Below, piece after piece: positions 1-12,905 of a stretch of DNA of 64,000 nt. The notes beneath the pieces are model-generated. The model was not told the origin of the DNA and made no database searches. It worked only from the letters and a program-made list of their open reading frames with translations. The translations under genes and the position numbers were made by a program. This DNA is from Deinococcus sp. (GTDB lineage: Bacteria; Deinococcota; Deinococci; Deinococcales; Deinococcaceae), in NCBI GenBank assembly GCA_965261005.1, contig OZ253375.1, positions 2,656,001 through 2,720,000 of the forward strand, written 5' to 3'. Positions within the stretch are counted from its first letter, which is position 1, and each line of letters opens with the position of its first letter.

Positions 1-2169
<2,169 letters not shown>

Positions 2170-2305
2170 GGCCAGGCTCCTCGCGTTGGGTCGGCTCCAT
2201 CGGTCCCGCGCCTGTGCCATCGTCGGCTCCGCGTGGGTTAGAAGGTACCGTGCCGCGATGAGGGCCGGTGGCTGCGCGCTTCGGAAGGGAGCGCGCGATC
2301 ACCGC

Positions 2306-2334
2306 ATTGTGCCGCAGGAACGCGCGACGGTCAA
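2306..2334 (-). promoter_or_regulatory. sigma70-type promoter of metH
   Basis: TTGACC-17 bp-CACAAT on minus strand, about 135 nt upstream of the start. Confidence 0.5.
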
Positions 2335-2367
2335 CGCGCTTCTGCGGCTTCAAAATTTGGAGCTTTA

Positions 2368-3915
<1,548 letters not shown>

Positions 3916-4195
3916 GGGGACTCCCGTGGTGAGAAGGCTTGAAGCTGACCGCCACTGTACACAGGGTAAGCGACAAACTTTGTCATCTATGTCCGGCCAG
4001 AACGTCCGGCCAAACATGAGACCGGAAATGAAGGTCCCCGGGCAAGCACCTTTAACCGTCAAGGCCGTCCTAAGCGTTGTTCAAGGGCTGTTCGGCGCCG
4101 AACCACGGACCGTTCACGCCGCGACCGAAGACTGAGTTGGCGGGGCAGCCGCCGCGCCAAACCCCAGCTCAAATCCCCAGCTCAGGAGAGACCTT

Positions 4196-5218
4196 ATGGA
4201 CCAGAAAGACGCCCCCAACCCCTCACGTCGCCGGGTGCTCGGCAAGATCACCGGCGGCTTGCTGGCCGCCTACGCGGCGCCGGCCCTCGCGCAGCAGGGC
4301 GTCGCCCCAGCCACATCGGGCCAGATGCCGCGCCAGGACGTCAAGCAGAATCCCGTCACCCAGTATCCCAGGCCGCCCTTTCCCAGGCAAACCCAGCCGT
4401 GGCCCGGCCTCGCCAGCAAGATGGTGCCGCGCCCCGACCACGGCGAGACCACCTACCAAGGGACCGGGCGCCTGCTGGGCCGCAAGGCCCTGATCACCGG
4501 GGGTGACAGCGGCATCGGCCGCGCCGTCGCCATCGCCTTCGCGCGCGAGGGGGCCGACGTGGCGATCAACTACCTCCCCGCCGAGGAGAGCGACGCCCGC
4601 GAGGTGGTCGCGCTGATCAAGGCCGCCGGCCGCAAGGCGGTGCCCATTCCCGGCGACATTCGTGACGAGGCGTTTTGCAAGCAACTGGTGTCGCAGGCGG
4701 TGAGCCAACTCGGCGGCCTCGACATCCTGGTCAACAACGCGGCCCGCCAGCACTCGGTGGACAAGATCGAGGACCTCACAACCGAGCTGTTCGATTGGAC
4801 CCTCAAGACCAACCTCTACGCGATGTTCTGGATCACCAAGGCGGCCCTGCCGCACATGGGACCGGGGGCGGCCATTATCAACACGGCCTCCGAGCAGGCC
4901 TACGACCCCTCGGCGAACTTGGTGGACTACGCCCAGACCAAGGCGGCCATCGTGAACTTCTCCAAATCGATGGCCAAGCAGCTGGCCAAGCAGGGCGTTC
5001 GCGTGAACGCGGTGGCGCCCGGCCCGATCTGGACACCCCTTCAGCCGAGCGGCGGCACGCCCCCGGAGAAGATCGTGACCTTTGGCGCCAGCACGCCCAT
5101 CGGCCGCGCCGGCCAGCCCGCCGAGTTGGCCCCGGTCTACGTGACCCTGGCCGCACAGGAATCGAGCTACGCCACCGCCCAGGTGTACGGCGTCAACGGC
5201 GGCCACGGCGAGCCGTAA
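4196..5218 (+). CDS. SDR oxidoreductase (YghA/YhdF-like) with twin-arginine-like N-terminus
   Basis: TGGDSGIG, NNAA, YAQTK, VAPGPIWTPL; N-terminus SRRRVLG + hydrophobic stretch + ALA. Confidence 0.9.
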   Translation: MDQKDAPNPSRRRVLGKITGGLLAAYAAPALAQQGVAPATSGQMPRQDVKQNPVTQYPRPPFPRQTQPWPGLASKMVPRPDHGETTYQGTGRLLGRKALITGGDSGIGRAVAIAFAREGADVAINYLPAEESDAREVVALIKAAGRKAVPIPGDIRDEAFCKQLVSQAVSQLGGLDILVNNAARQHSVDKIEDLTTELFDWTLKTNLYAMFWITKAALPHMGPGAAIINTASEQAYDPSANLVDYAQTKAAIVNFSKSMAKQLAKQGVRVNAVAPGPIWTPLQPSGGTPPEKIVTFGASTPIGRAGQPAELAPVYVTLAAQESSYATAQVYGVNGGHGEP

Positions 5219-5236
5219 CGTTAAGGAGCTATTGAC

Positions 5237-6139
5237 ATGACCGACATGAACAAGAACGTGACCAACTACGGCCGCCTTGCGGGCAAGGTCGCCATCGTGA
5301 CCGGGGCCGCCACCGGTATCGGCGAGGCCATCGCGCACAAATTCGCCCGCGAGGGGGCGAAGGTCATTGTGGCCGGCTTGCCGAGTGACCCGGTGGACGA
5401 CGTGGTAAGCGCCATCAAGCAGCAGGGCTTCGAGGCGACCGGCTTCAAAGGGGACGTGAGCGACGAGAAGGAGGCCCAAAACTGCGTGCAGGTGGCCCTC
5501 GACGCCTACGGGCAGCTCGACGTGCTGGTGAACAACGCGGGCGTCTTTCTCGCCACCGCCGAGACGGACCAGTACCCCATTGACAAGTTCGACCAGACGC
5601 TGCGCGACAATTTGCGCTCCACCTTTTTGATGACGCGCTTCGCGCTGCCCCACCTGCAAAAGACGCGCGGCAACATCGTGACCGCCGGCAGCGAGGCAGG
5701 CTTCAACGGCGAAGCGCAGAACACCCCTTACGGCGGCACCAAGGGCTTCAACCACGCTTTTATGATGGGCGTCGCGGTGGAGCAGGCCAAGCACGGCGTG
5801 CGCGCCAACTGCGTCTGCCCCGGCCCCATCGACACCGCCTGGACCCACCAAGAGACCGGGCCGATGGACGCCCAGATGGAAAAGCAGACGGTGAACTCCA
5901 CCGCCCTGGGCCGGCGCGGCACCCCCGAGGAGATGGCCAACGTCTACGCCTTTTTGGCTTCCGACGAGGCCAGCTACGTCACCGGCGCGCTGTGGCTCGC
6001 CGATGGCGGCGTGACCCCGGCCAAGGGCAGTGTCGGCTCGCAGGTCCCGGCCGAACTCAAGCGGGAGCCGCAGGGCCAACTGATGCTCAGCCACTCGCGG
6101 GACGGCCTCAGCAACAAGGACACCGAGGCCGTCAAGTAA
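5237..6139 (+). CDS. SDR family oxidoreductase
   Basis: TGAATGIG, NNAG, YGGTK; RBS AAGGAG. Confidence 0.9.
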   Translation: MTDMNKNVTNYGRLAGKVAIVTGAATGIGEAIAHKFAREGAKVIVAGLPSDPVDDVVSAIKQQGFEATGFKGDVSDEKEAQNCVQVALDAYGQLDVLVNNAGVFLATAETDQYPIDKFDQTLRDNLRSTFLMTRFALPHLQKTRGNIVTAGSEAGFNGEAQNTPYGGTKGFNHAFMMGVAVEQAKHGVRANCVCPGPIDTAWTHQETGPMDAQMEKQTVNSTALGRRGTPEEMANVYAFLASDEASYVTGALWLADGGVTPAKGSVGSQVPAELKREPQGQLMLSHSRDGLSNKDTEAVK

Positions 6140-6167
6140 AGCTTGAGTTCTATTGCGGCCGGGCGCT

Positions 6168-6635
6168 CTACGCGCCCGGCCGCAATACGTGTGTCAGGCA
6201 GTGGCCGTAGTCCACCCCGGCGCGGGCGTCCTCCACCAGGTCGGCCACGCTGAACTCCTGCAACACGCCCAGCATGGCGTCGCGCATGCGGGTGTAGACC
6301 GTTCCCCGCGCGTGACAGCGGTCCTCTTCCACGCAGGTCTCGTGCCAATTGAGCGAGATGCACGACAAGGGCGCCACCGGCCCGTCCACCGCGCGCACCA
6401 CCTCGCACAAGCTGATCAGCTGCGGCCGGCGCGCCAGGGCGTAGCCGCCGCCCAGCCCCTTTTTGGACTTCACCACCCCTTTGTTCGACAGCATGGCCAG
6501 AATGCGCACCAGGTAGGGCCGCGCCACCCGCGTCCGCTCGCTGATCTCGTCGCTGCTGACCCAGCGGCCAGCTTCCTGCAACCCCAGGTAGCCCAGCGCC
6601 TGAAAAGCGTAGATGTCCGTCGAGGAAAGCCGCAT
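6168..6635 (-). CDS. Rrf2 family transcriptional regulator
   Basis: [13 protein letters not shown] wing motif; C-x8-C-x5-C cluster. Confidence 0.9.
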   Translation of the reverse strand: MRLSSTDIYAFQALGYLGLQEAGRWVSSDEISERTRVARPYLVRILAMLSNKGVVKSKKGLGGGYALARRPQLISLCEVVRAVDGPVAPLSCISLNWHETCVEEDRCHARGTVYTRMRDAMLGVLQEFSVADLVEDARAGVDYGHCLTHVLRPGA

Positions 6636-6671
6636 GGCCCATGCTACGGCGACACAAGCTGAACAACGCGC

Positions 6672-7058
6672 TTACCACAAGGTTTCGATTGCGTACCGCC
6701 CGACCACGGGATCGTTCGTCACCAGAACGAGGTCTTCGAGTTGCGCCTGAGCGACCAGCAGACGGTCGAACGGGTCGGCGTGGTGAGGCGGCAGGCCGAA
6801 CTCGTGAACGGCGTGCGCCAGCGTGATGGGCAAGGCCGCGAAGCCGTGCCTTGACATCAAGCGCGTCATGAACTTGGCCGGCTCCTCGGGTAGGGGCAGC
6901 TTGCCCAGGCGCGCCTTGATCGAAATTTCCCAGCCGTTCACGGCGCTCACGTATACGTCGTTGTCCCCGCTCGCGATGGCGCCGCGCGCCGCGCCGGAAA
7001 GCTGGGGGTCGTTCGCGGACCACCATAAAAAAGTGTGGGTGTCGAGCAGCAGCCTCAC
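6672..7058 (-). CDS. vapC: PIN-domain toxin (VapC family)
   Basis: LLLDTH, WEI, HADPFDRLLVAQA, VTND. Confidence 0.92.
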   Translation of the reverse strand: MRLLLDTHTFLWWSANDPQLSGAARGAIASGDNDVYVSAVNGWEISIKARLGKLPLPEEPAKFMTRLMSRHGFAALPITLAHAVHEFGLPPHHADPFDRLLVAQAQLEDLVLVTNDPVVGRYAIETLW

Positions 7059-7285
7059 TCCCCAAAGGCCCTCAGCAAGTCTTCCGGCAGCGGGTCAAAA
7101 AACGCCTTCGGCACGCTGAGACCTTCCGCACCGCCCGGCTCACGCGTCCCACGCCTGACCAAGGGGCTGAGCCGCGCGATGGGTTCGCCCGCCCGCGCGA
7201 TGATGACCTCCTCCCCGAGAGCGACCCGTTCGAGCAGCTTGGAGAAGTGTGTCTTCGCTTCGTGGATGTTGACGGTCATGGTCAT
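7055..7285 (-). CDS. Phd/YefM family antitoxin
   Basis: VNIHEAKTHFSKLLERVALGEEVII; 4-nt overlap with vapC. Confidence 0.92.
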   Translation of the reverse strand: MTMTVNIHEAKTHFSKLLERVALGEEVIIARAGEPIARLSPLVRRGTREPGGAEGLSVPKAFFDPLPEDLLRAFGE

Positions 7286-7314
7286 GAACCGAGTATAGAC
7301 TAAGCAGTGGACTC

Positions 7315-7468
7315 ACTACAGCGTCAACTAAAATTTGCGTCCTACACGCCCTTCCTGAAGCTTTGCTCCCCTCTCCCTTGCGAGAGAGGCCGGGGGTGAG
7401 GGGTTCCACCGGTAAGCTCGCAGAACAAATCCCACCAGCATGCCTCAGAATTCAGTTGACGCTGTAGT
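7315..7468. mobile_element. MITE-like element with internal BoxC-like repeat
   Basis: Perfect 15-bp inverted repeats ACTACAGCGTCAACT (7315-7329) / AGTTGACGCTGTAGT (7454-7468); internal CTCCCCTCTCCC..GAGAGAGGCCGGGGGTGAGGGG (7366-7403); no ORF. Confidence 0.65.
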
Positions 7469-7538
7469 CATCGCCCTCACTCTAACGGTTTGCCCACCGA
7501 GCGAATGACGTCCCCTTCGCGCCCCAAAGCGGACAGGA

Positions 7539-8366
7539 TCACCACATGCTCAGCCCGCCATTCACCGGCAGGTACACGCCCGTCACGAACCCCGCCTGCG
7601 CCGAGGCGAGCAGCAGAATGGCGCCCGCCACATCCTCGGGGGTGGCGATGCGCCGCAGCGGCGTCATCTGGGCCAGCATCGCGCTTGGGTTAGGGGGTCC
7701 TCCCGCCGCGCTTCCCGTTTGGTCCTCGCTCCAAAAGGCGGTGCTCGCCTCGGTCTGCACCAAGCCTGGCGCCACGGCGTTCACGCGAATGCCGTGCGGG
7801 CCGAGTTCGGACGCGAGCGAGCGCGTCAGGGCGTCCACCGCCGCCTTGCCGCTGGAGTGGCCCGCCATGCCCTCGCGGGTCGTGCGCGACAGCCCGCTGC
7901 TGACGTTGATGATCGCCCCCGTGCCGCGCGCGATCATCGAGGGCGCCACCGCCCCCACCGGATAAAAGACGGCCTTGGTCTCGCCGGTCAGCACATCCTC
8001 GTATTCCTCCCAAGACAGCTCCGTAAAGGGCTTGACCGTGAAGGTCCTCACCGCGTCGGCGTTGCATACCAAGATGTCAATGGGGCCGAGGGCGGTCTCG
8101 ACCTCGCGCGCCATATGTTCCACCTCGCCCATGTCGCCCACGCTGCCGCGCACCGCCAGCGCCCACCCGCCGTCCGCCTCGATGTCGGCCACGACCTGCT
8201 CGGCGCGCGCCGCGCTCGAAACGTAGTTGACGCCCACGCTGGCGCCGTGCCGCGCGAACAGCCGGGCCGTGGCCGCGCCAATGCCACGGCTCGCGCCCGT
8301 CACCAGAGCCACCTTGCCTTGCAGCAAAGGCCCTGCGGGAAGCGTTGAAAAAGTTGGAGAGGTCAT
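7539..8366 (-). CDS. SDR family oxidoreductase (FabG-like; catalytic Tyr replaced by His)
   Basis: TGASRGIG, HSSGK in place of YxxxK, VNAVAPG. Confidence 0.85.
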   Translation of the reverse strand: MTSPTFSTLPAGPLLQGKVALVTGASRGIGAATARLFARHGASVGVNYVSSAARAEQVVADIEADGGWALAVRGSVGDMGEVEHMAREVETALGPIDILVCNADAVRTFTVKPFTELSWEEYEDVLTGETKAVFYPVGAVAPSMIARGTGAIINVSSGLSRTTREGMAGHSSGKAAVDALTRSLASELGPHGIRVNAVAPGLVQTEASTAFWSEDQTGSAAGGPPNPSAMLAQMTPLRRIATPEDVAGAILLLASAQAGFVTGVYLPVNGGLSMW

Positions 8367-8461
8367 GCGTCCAGGCTAGGCTGGGGCCTCGTCCGCGAAG
8401 TGTGAAGGGAAGAGGGATGGCTTCACCCCAGCCAACGGCCATCAACACGGCCCAGAAGAAC

Positions 8462-8809
8462 CTAGAGAATCGCGAGGCCGCACAGGAGGTGCACGAGCGC
8501 CCCGACAGACGCGCCCACCACCATCCCCCGTTCCCTCTTCCCGACCGCAATGGCGGCGTCCACGGCTTGAATGGCTGCGGCGGTGAAGAGGACCCACGCG
8601 GCGGCCGGCCCTCCGGGCCAAAACGGCAAAACTCCGGCCGCCAGCCCGAACGGAATGGAGCGCGCGGCGTACATCCGCACGTAGAAGAGTTCACCGCTTC
8701 CAACCTGGCCCGAACCGGAAAGAGCTGCCGGCCGGATGAGCGCAATCCCTGCCGCCACCGCCGAGGCCAGGGAGACGAGGAGGTTCAAGAAAAGCAGGAT
8801 GGTCGGCAT
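8462..8809 (-). CDS. Small multi-pass membrane protein
   Basis: About 4 hydrophobic segments; YAARS and IQAVD motifs; TAAGGT 7 nt before ATG. Confidence 0.7.
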   Translation of the reverse strand: MPTILLFLNLLVSLASAVAAGIALIRPAALSGSGQVGSGELFYVRMYAARSIPFGLAAGVLPFWPGGPAAAWVLFTAAAIQAVDAAIAVGKRERGMVVGASVGALVHLLCGLAIL

Positions 8810-8890
8810 TGCCAACACCTTACGCTTGTGGCAGGAACGCGCCGGGCAGCTTTGGGGCGTAGCCGGGCCAGCGCGTTCTTAGCACGGAAC

Positions 8891-10129
8891 TCACGGCAGC
8901 ATAAACGCTCCCGCGAACGCCTTTACCTCCGCCCGCACCGTCCCCGCGTCCTCGCCGCGCAGCACCCGGTCGGTCAATTCGGCGACTTTTTCCATGTCGG
9001 CCTCGACCATGCCGCGCGTGGTGACGGCCGGGGTGCCCAGGCGAATGCCGCTGCCGTAAAAGGGCTTTTCCGGGTCGTAGGGGATGGTGCTCTTGGAAAC
9101 CGTGATGTGGGCGGCGTCGAGCATCTTGCTGGCCTTGTGTCCGGTCAGGTTCAGGCCGCGCAGGTCCAGCAGCAGCAGGTGGTTGTCGGTGCCGCCAGAC
9201 ACCACCCGGTAGCCTCTCTCCACGAAGGCGGCGCTCAGGGCGCGGGCGTTCTGGATGATCTGCCGGCTGTACGCCCCAAACTCGGGCTGAAGCGCCTCGA
9301 AAAAGGCCACCGCCTTGCCGGCGATGACGTGTTCCAGGGGGCCGCCCTGGGTGCCGGGAAAGATCATGCGGTCCACCTTCGCGCCGATCTCCTCGTCGTT
9401 GGAGAGGATCAGGCCGCTTCTGGGGCCGCGCAGGGTCTTGTGGGTGGTGGTCGTGACGACGTGGGCATGCGGCACGGGGCTGGGGTGCAGCCCGGCGGCG
9501 ACCAGGCCCGCGATGTGGGCGATGTCGGCCATCAGGTAGGCGCCCACCTCGTCGGCAATTTCCCTGAAGGCCGCAAAATCTATCGGGCGCGAGTAGGCGC
9601 TGGCCCCCGCGATCAGCAGCTTGGGCTTGTGCTCGCGCGCCAGGTCGCGGACCACCTGCATATCTAATCTCTCACTCTCACGGTCCACCGGGTAGGCCAC
9701 CACGTCGTAGTTGAGGCCCGAGAAGTTGACCGGGCTGCCGTGCGTCAGGTGGCCGCCGTGGCTGAGGTCCATGCCCATAATGCGGTCACCGGGGGAGAGC
9801 AGCGCGGCGTACACGGCGATGTTGGCGCCTGACCCCGAGTGCGGCTGCACGTTGGCCCAACTCGCGCCGAAGAGTTCCCTCGCCCGCGAGATCGCGAGGC
9901 GCTCCACCTGGTCCACCACCTCGCAGCCGCCGTAATAGCGCTTGCCGGGATAGCCCTCGGCGTACTTGTTGGTCAGGACGCTGCCCACCGCCTCGCGCAC
10001 GTCCGCGCTGACGAAGTTTTCGGAGGCGATCAATTCCAGGCCCTCGCGCTGGCGCCGTTCCTCTTGGGCAATCAGGTCGAATATTTTGGTGTCAGGGTCT
10101 CGTGTCTGCGCTGCGGTGGTTCGGGTCAT
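8891..10129 (-). CDS. glyA: Serine hydroxymethyltransferase
   Basis: [34 protein letters not shown]. Confidence 0.97.
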   Translation of the reverse strand: MTRTTAAQTRDPDTKIFDLIAQEERRQREGLELIASENFVSADVREAVGSVLTNKYAEGYPGKRYYGGCEVVDQVERLAISRARELFGASWANVQPHSGSGANIAVYAALLSPGDRIMGMDLSHGGHLTHGSPVNFSGLNYDVVAYPVDRESERLDMQVVRDLAREHKPKLLIAGASAYSRPIDFAAFREIADEVGAYLMADIAHIAGLVAAGLHPSPVPHAHVVTTTTHKTLRGPRSGLILSNDEEIGAKVDRMIFPGTQGGPLEHVIAGKAVAFFEALQPEFGAYSRQIIQNARALSAAFVERGYRVVSGGTDNHLLLLDLRGLNLTGHKASKMLDAAHITVSKSTIPYDPEKPFYGSGIRLGTPAVTTRGMVEADMEKVAELTDRVLRGEDAGTVRAEVKAFAGAFMLP

Positions 10130-10145
10130 AAGGTCTCCTGTTGAA

Positions 10146-10300
10146 GGCAATGGGTCTGGCTTATCTTGATGCTCCTACGGCTAAAGCGCTTGGGATTCCT
10201 GCTTCAGCGAACGCTGCTCGCTTGTGGCGAGGCTGATGTGTTCATCTACAGGCGTTTCCTCGGTTTCCCGAGCCGTTCCCGACCATCCGGCGGTACGGCG
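10146..10300 (-). ncRNA. Predicted TnpB omegaRNA (scaffold overlapping tnpB 3' end, guide about 10165-10146); 5' end approximate
   Basis: Established TnpB architecture; low-complexity C-terminal tail and right-end hairpin/TCAA present. Confidence 0.55.
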
Positions 10301-11462
10301 TCCAACTTTCAGGATGTTGATGGCAGCGTTGTGGTCACGGTCAAGGTTGACGCCCCATCCGCACACATGCCGCCTGACCTGCAAATCTTTCTTGACCGTC
10401 TGTCCACATCCCGAACAGATTTGCGTCGTATACGCCGGGTTGACCGCAACCGTCACCTTGCCGAAGACATGCGCGAAATACTCAAGCCAGTTGCGGAACA
10501 TGCTCCAACTGGCATCGCTGATGCTTTTGGCGAGACGGCGATTCCTGACCATGTTTCGCACCTTCAAATCTTCATAGGCAATCAGGTCATGAGACGCTAC
10601 AACGCACCGCGCCAGCTTTACGGCGTGGTCTTTACGCTGCCTAGAGACCCGAAGGTGCTTCCGGGCGAGGATATTGCGAGCCTTCTTGCGGTTGTTGCTC
10701 CTCTTCTTCTTCCGGCTGACCCGGCGTTGTGCCCGCTTGAGGGCACGCTCAGCTTTCCGCAAGAAGCGGGGGTTGGGTTCCTCATCGCCGTTGCTATCCG
10801 TGTAGAACGACTTCAGCCCCACGTCCAATCCCAGCGTCTTGCCGCTGGGAGCAAGGTCAATGACCCGCTCCACGTCAATGAGGAACTGAACGTAGTAGCC
10901 GTCTGCTCGCCGCACGATGCGAACCCGCTTGATGGATTCATTCGGGTAGAGCGTCAAGTCCCAGCTTCCCCGGAACTTCATGCGCCCGATTCCAAAGCCG
11001 TCAGTAAACGCGATGCTCTTGTTCACCGCGTCAAGCTTCCACCCGCTCTGCTTGTACTCAACCGAGCGAACGTTCTTCTTGAAGCGCGGGTAGCCGACGG
11101 GACGCACGCCGTCTTGGACAGAACGTGGCGGTCGGCAAGCCGAGCCTTGGCACCTACCGGGCCTGCCCGCTTTCTTGTGATGCTCAAAGAAACGGGAGAT
11201 GGCGCTCCAGGCCCGCTCGCCCGCCGCTTGAACGGCGGTGGAGTTGAGCTTCTTGCACCACGGATACTCGGCGCGCAACTTCGTCGTGTGCTTGTACACG
11301 TCGTTCTTGCTGACCTTCTCGCCGTCCATCCAGAAGCGAACGCAGGCGTTGCGGACGAACTGCGCGGTGCGGATGGCTTCATCCATCAGCCCACGTTGCC
11401 CACTGCTCGGCCTGAGTTTGCATTCCAGCGCAATCACCCCTTTAGTCTGCGGTCTCTACACC
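10166..11462 (-). mobile_element. IS200/IS605-family (IS1341-like, tnpB-only) element; left boundary tentative
   Basis: Right end GAATCCCAAGCGCTTTAGCCGTAGGAGCATCAA ending in TCAA at 10166; candidate TAM TTGAC at 11467-11463; no tnpA. Confidence 0.7.
10181..11437 (-). CDS. tnpB: RNA-guided endonuclease TnpB
   Basis: GYPRFKK, RuvC motifs GLDVG / YEDL / DRDHNAA, CSGC zinc ribbon. Confidence 0.95.
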   Translation of the reverse strand: MIALECKLRPSSGQRGLMDEAIRTAQFVRNACVRFWMDGEKVSKNDVYKHTTKLRAEYPWCKKLNSTAVQAAGERAWSAISRFFEHHKKAGRPGRCQGSACRPPRSVQDGVRPVGYPRFKKNVRSVEYKQSGWKLDAVNKSIAFTDGFGIGRMKFRGSWDLTLYPNESIKRVRIVRRADGYYVQFLIDVERVIDLAPSGKTLGLDVGLKSFYTDSNGDEEPNPRFLRKAERALKRAQRRVSRKKKRSNNRKKARNILARKHLRVSRQRKDHAVKLARCVVASHDLIAYEDLKVRNMVRNRRLAKSISDASWSMFRNWLEYFAHVFGKVTVAVNPAYTTQICSGCGQTVKKDLQVRRHVCGWGVNLDRDHNAAINILKVGRRTAGWSGTARETEETPVDEHISLATSEQRSLKQESQAL

Positions 11463-11868
11463 GTCAAGTCCAGCGTAAAAAGGCCAAGCTTCGGATTCAG
11501 CCCTCAGCTTCGGCACCGCTCAACGAGTCGGGCGAAGCCTGCCTCTTGCAGCGGTCAGGTGTATGTTTCGATTTTGTGCAGCATTGTGCGGTCCGCAGGG
11601 GTATTGGACGTGCCACAGTTCCGTTTTTGAACTGATCCGTAACGCCCGAGTTGCCCACACCTCGCGCCCAGCTTATGCTGGAAGTGAAAGGAGAAGTTTT
11701 TAACACTTTTTGCGAGCGGATCACCTGGGATTCCGCTTCTCGCGATTGGGTGGTCTGTCCTCATTTGGGCGACTGAGCCGTGATTCTCGACTCAATCGAG
11801 ACTTATGGTCGGTTCCACCCTGTCCTCTTATAAAAGAGTTGTCTTCTCCCGCCTGACCAGAGGTTCTG

Positions 11869-12852
11869 ATGATGAAAGTTCGCATGTTTGGCTTGCTGTT
11901 CGGCATCCTCGCCCTCGCCTCCTGCGGTCAGCAATTCTCCAACCCGGACGCAACGCTCACGCCCGACACCGACGTTGTAGCCAGCGCTCCTGACGTCGCT
12001 CCTCCCACAGAGATCACGCCTGCTCCCGCGGCTCCGGCTCCAACCGAGAGTTCTGCGGAAGGGGCCATCAATCCCTGGCTCGCGGCGAACTTCGCCACCG
12101 CTTCGGTGAGCACGGGCAGCTCTATGGAGAGTGCGTCTACCGATACCGCCTTTTCGATGCTCACGGGTAACTTCAAGAAGCGCACGTCCGTCGAAGCTCC
12201 GGCGCTCGTCATCAATGCCACCGCGTGCTGTAGCAAGTACGGCTTTCAGGTTGTTGACGCCGTGGCACCCTACGACCGACGGGTGGCGTTCGTGAACGTC
12301 ACGATCAAGGACCTCGTCAGCTTGGACGCGTTTGGCGGCGCCATCTCCACGACCAGAAAATACCCAGGAATGGTCATGTTCCTGTCCAATGTACGAATTG
12401 ACCCCAAGTGGCCGATGTGGAAATCGTACAGCAAGACCAATTATGACGGCATGGTTTTGGACGCGTCGGCCGCGACTTACGCCGAGGATCTCACAATCAC
12501 CAACTGGAACGCCGATACCGCAATGGACATCAAGTCTAAGGTGGCCCAACTGGTGCGCACGAAGATCGAGGGTCCTGGCCACCGTTCCCTTCGGTACTGG
12601 GGTTCAGGCCCTTATTACATCGTGGATTCCAACATCAGCAATCCGGGGACTGTGGGCGGAGGTACCCTAATCTGGGTCAAGGATTGCCGCAACGCGATCT
12701 TCAACATCTACAACTCGCAGTTCAACGGGTCGTCCAAGATTCCCGCCGACAAGCTTCAGTGCGACGCGGGAAAGAAGAGCGACCTCAAAGTGAACTACCT
12801 GACCCGCGATCCGAAAACGACGGGCGAGATGCACCCCATGCTTTCACACTGA
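11869..12852 (+). CDS. Lipoprotein of unknown function with Pro/Ala/Thr-rich linker
   Basis: MKVR + hydrophobic core + LASC lipobox; linker APPTEITPAPAAPAPTE; beta-rich C-terminal domain. Confidence 0.75.
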   Translation: MMKVRMFGLLFGILALASCGQQFSNPDATLTPDTDVVASAPDVAPPTEITPAPAAPAPTESSAEGAINPWLAANFATASVSTGSSMESASTDTAFSMLTGNFKKRTSVEAPALVINATACCSKYGFQVVDAVAPYDRRVAFVNVTIKDLVSLDAFGGAISTTRKYPGMVMFLSNVRIDPKWPMWKSYSKTNYDGMVLDASAATYAEDLTITNWNADTAMDIKSKVAQLVRTKIEGPGHRSLRYWGSGPYYIVDSNISNPGTVGGGTLIWVKDCRNAIFNIYNSQFNGSSKIPADKLQCDAGKKSDLKVNYLTRDPKTTGEMHPMLSH

Positions 12853-12905
12853 TCGTTTCGGCCGCAGAACTGCGCTCAGAACTTACGGGCCGTGTTGAAG
12901 ACAAA

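Noticed and set aside
10181..11437. Nuclease-dead TnpB (TldR-type repressor)
   Set aside because: All three RuvC acidic residues (D, E, D) are present.
11600..11660. c-di-GMP-I, ZTP or glycine riboswitch
   Set aside because: Only fragmentary resemblance (GGACG..GCCACAG..GAGTTGCC); core conserved elements are missing, so no family was assigned.
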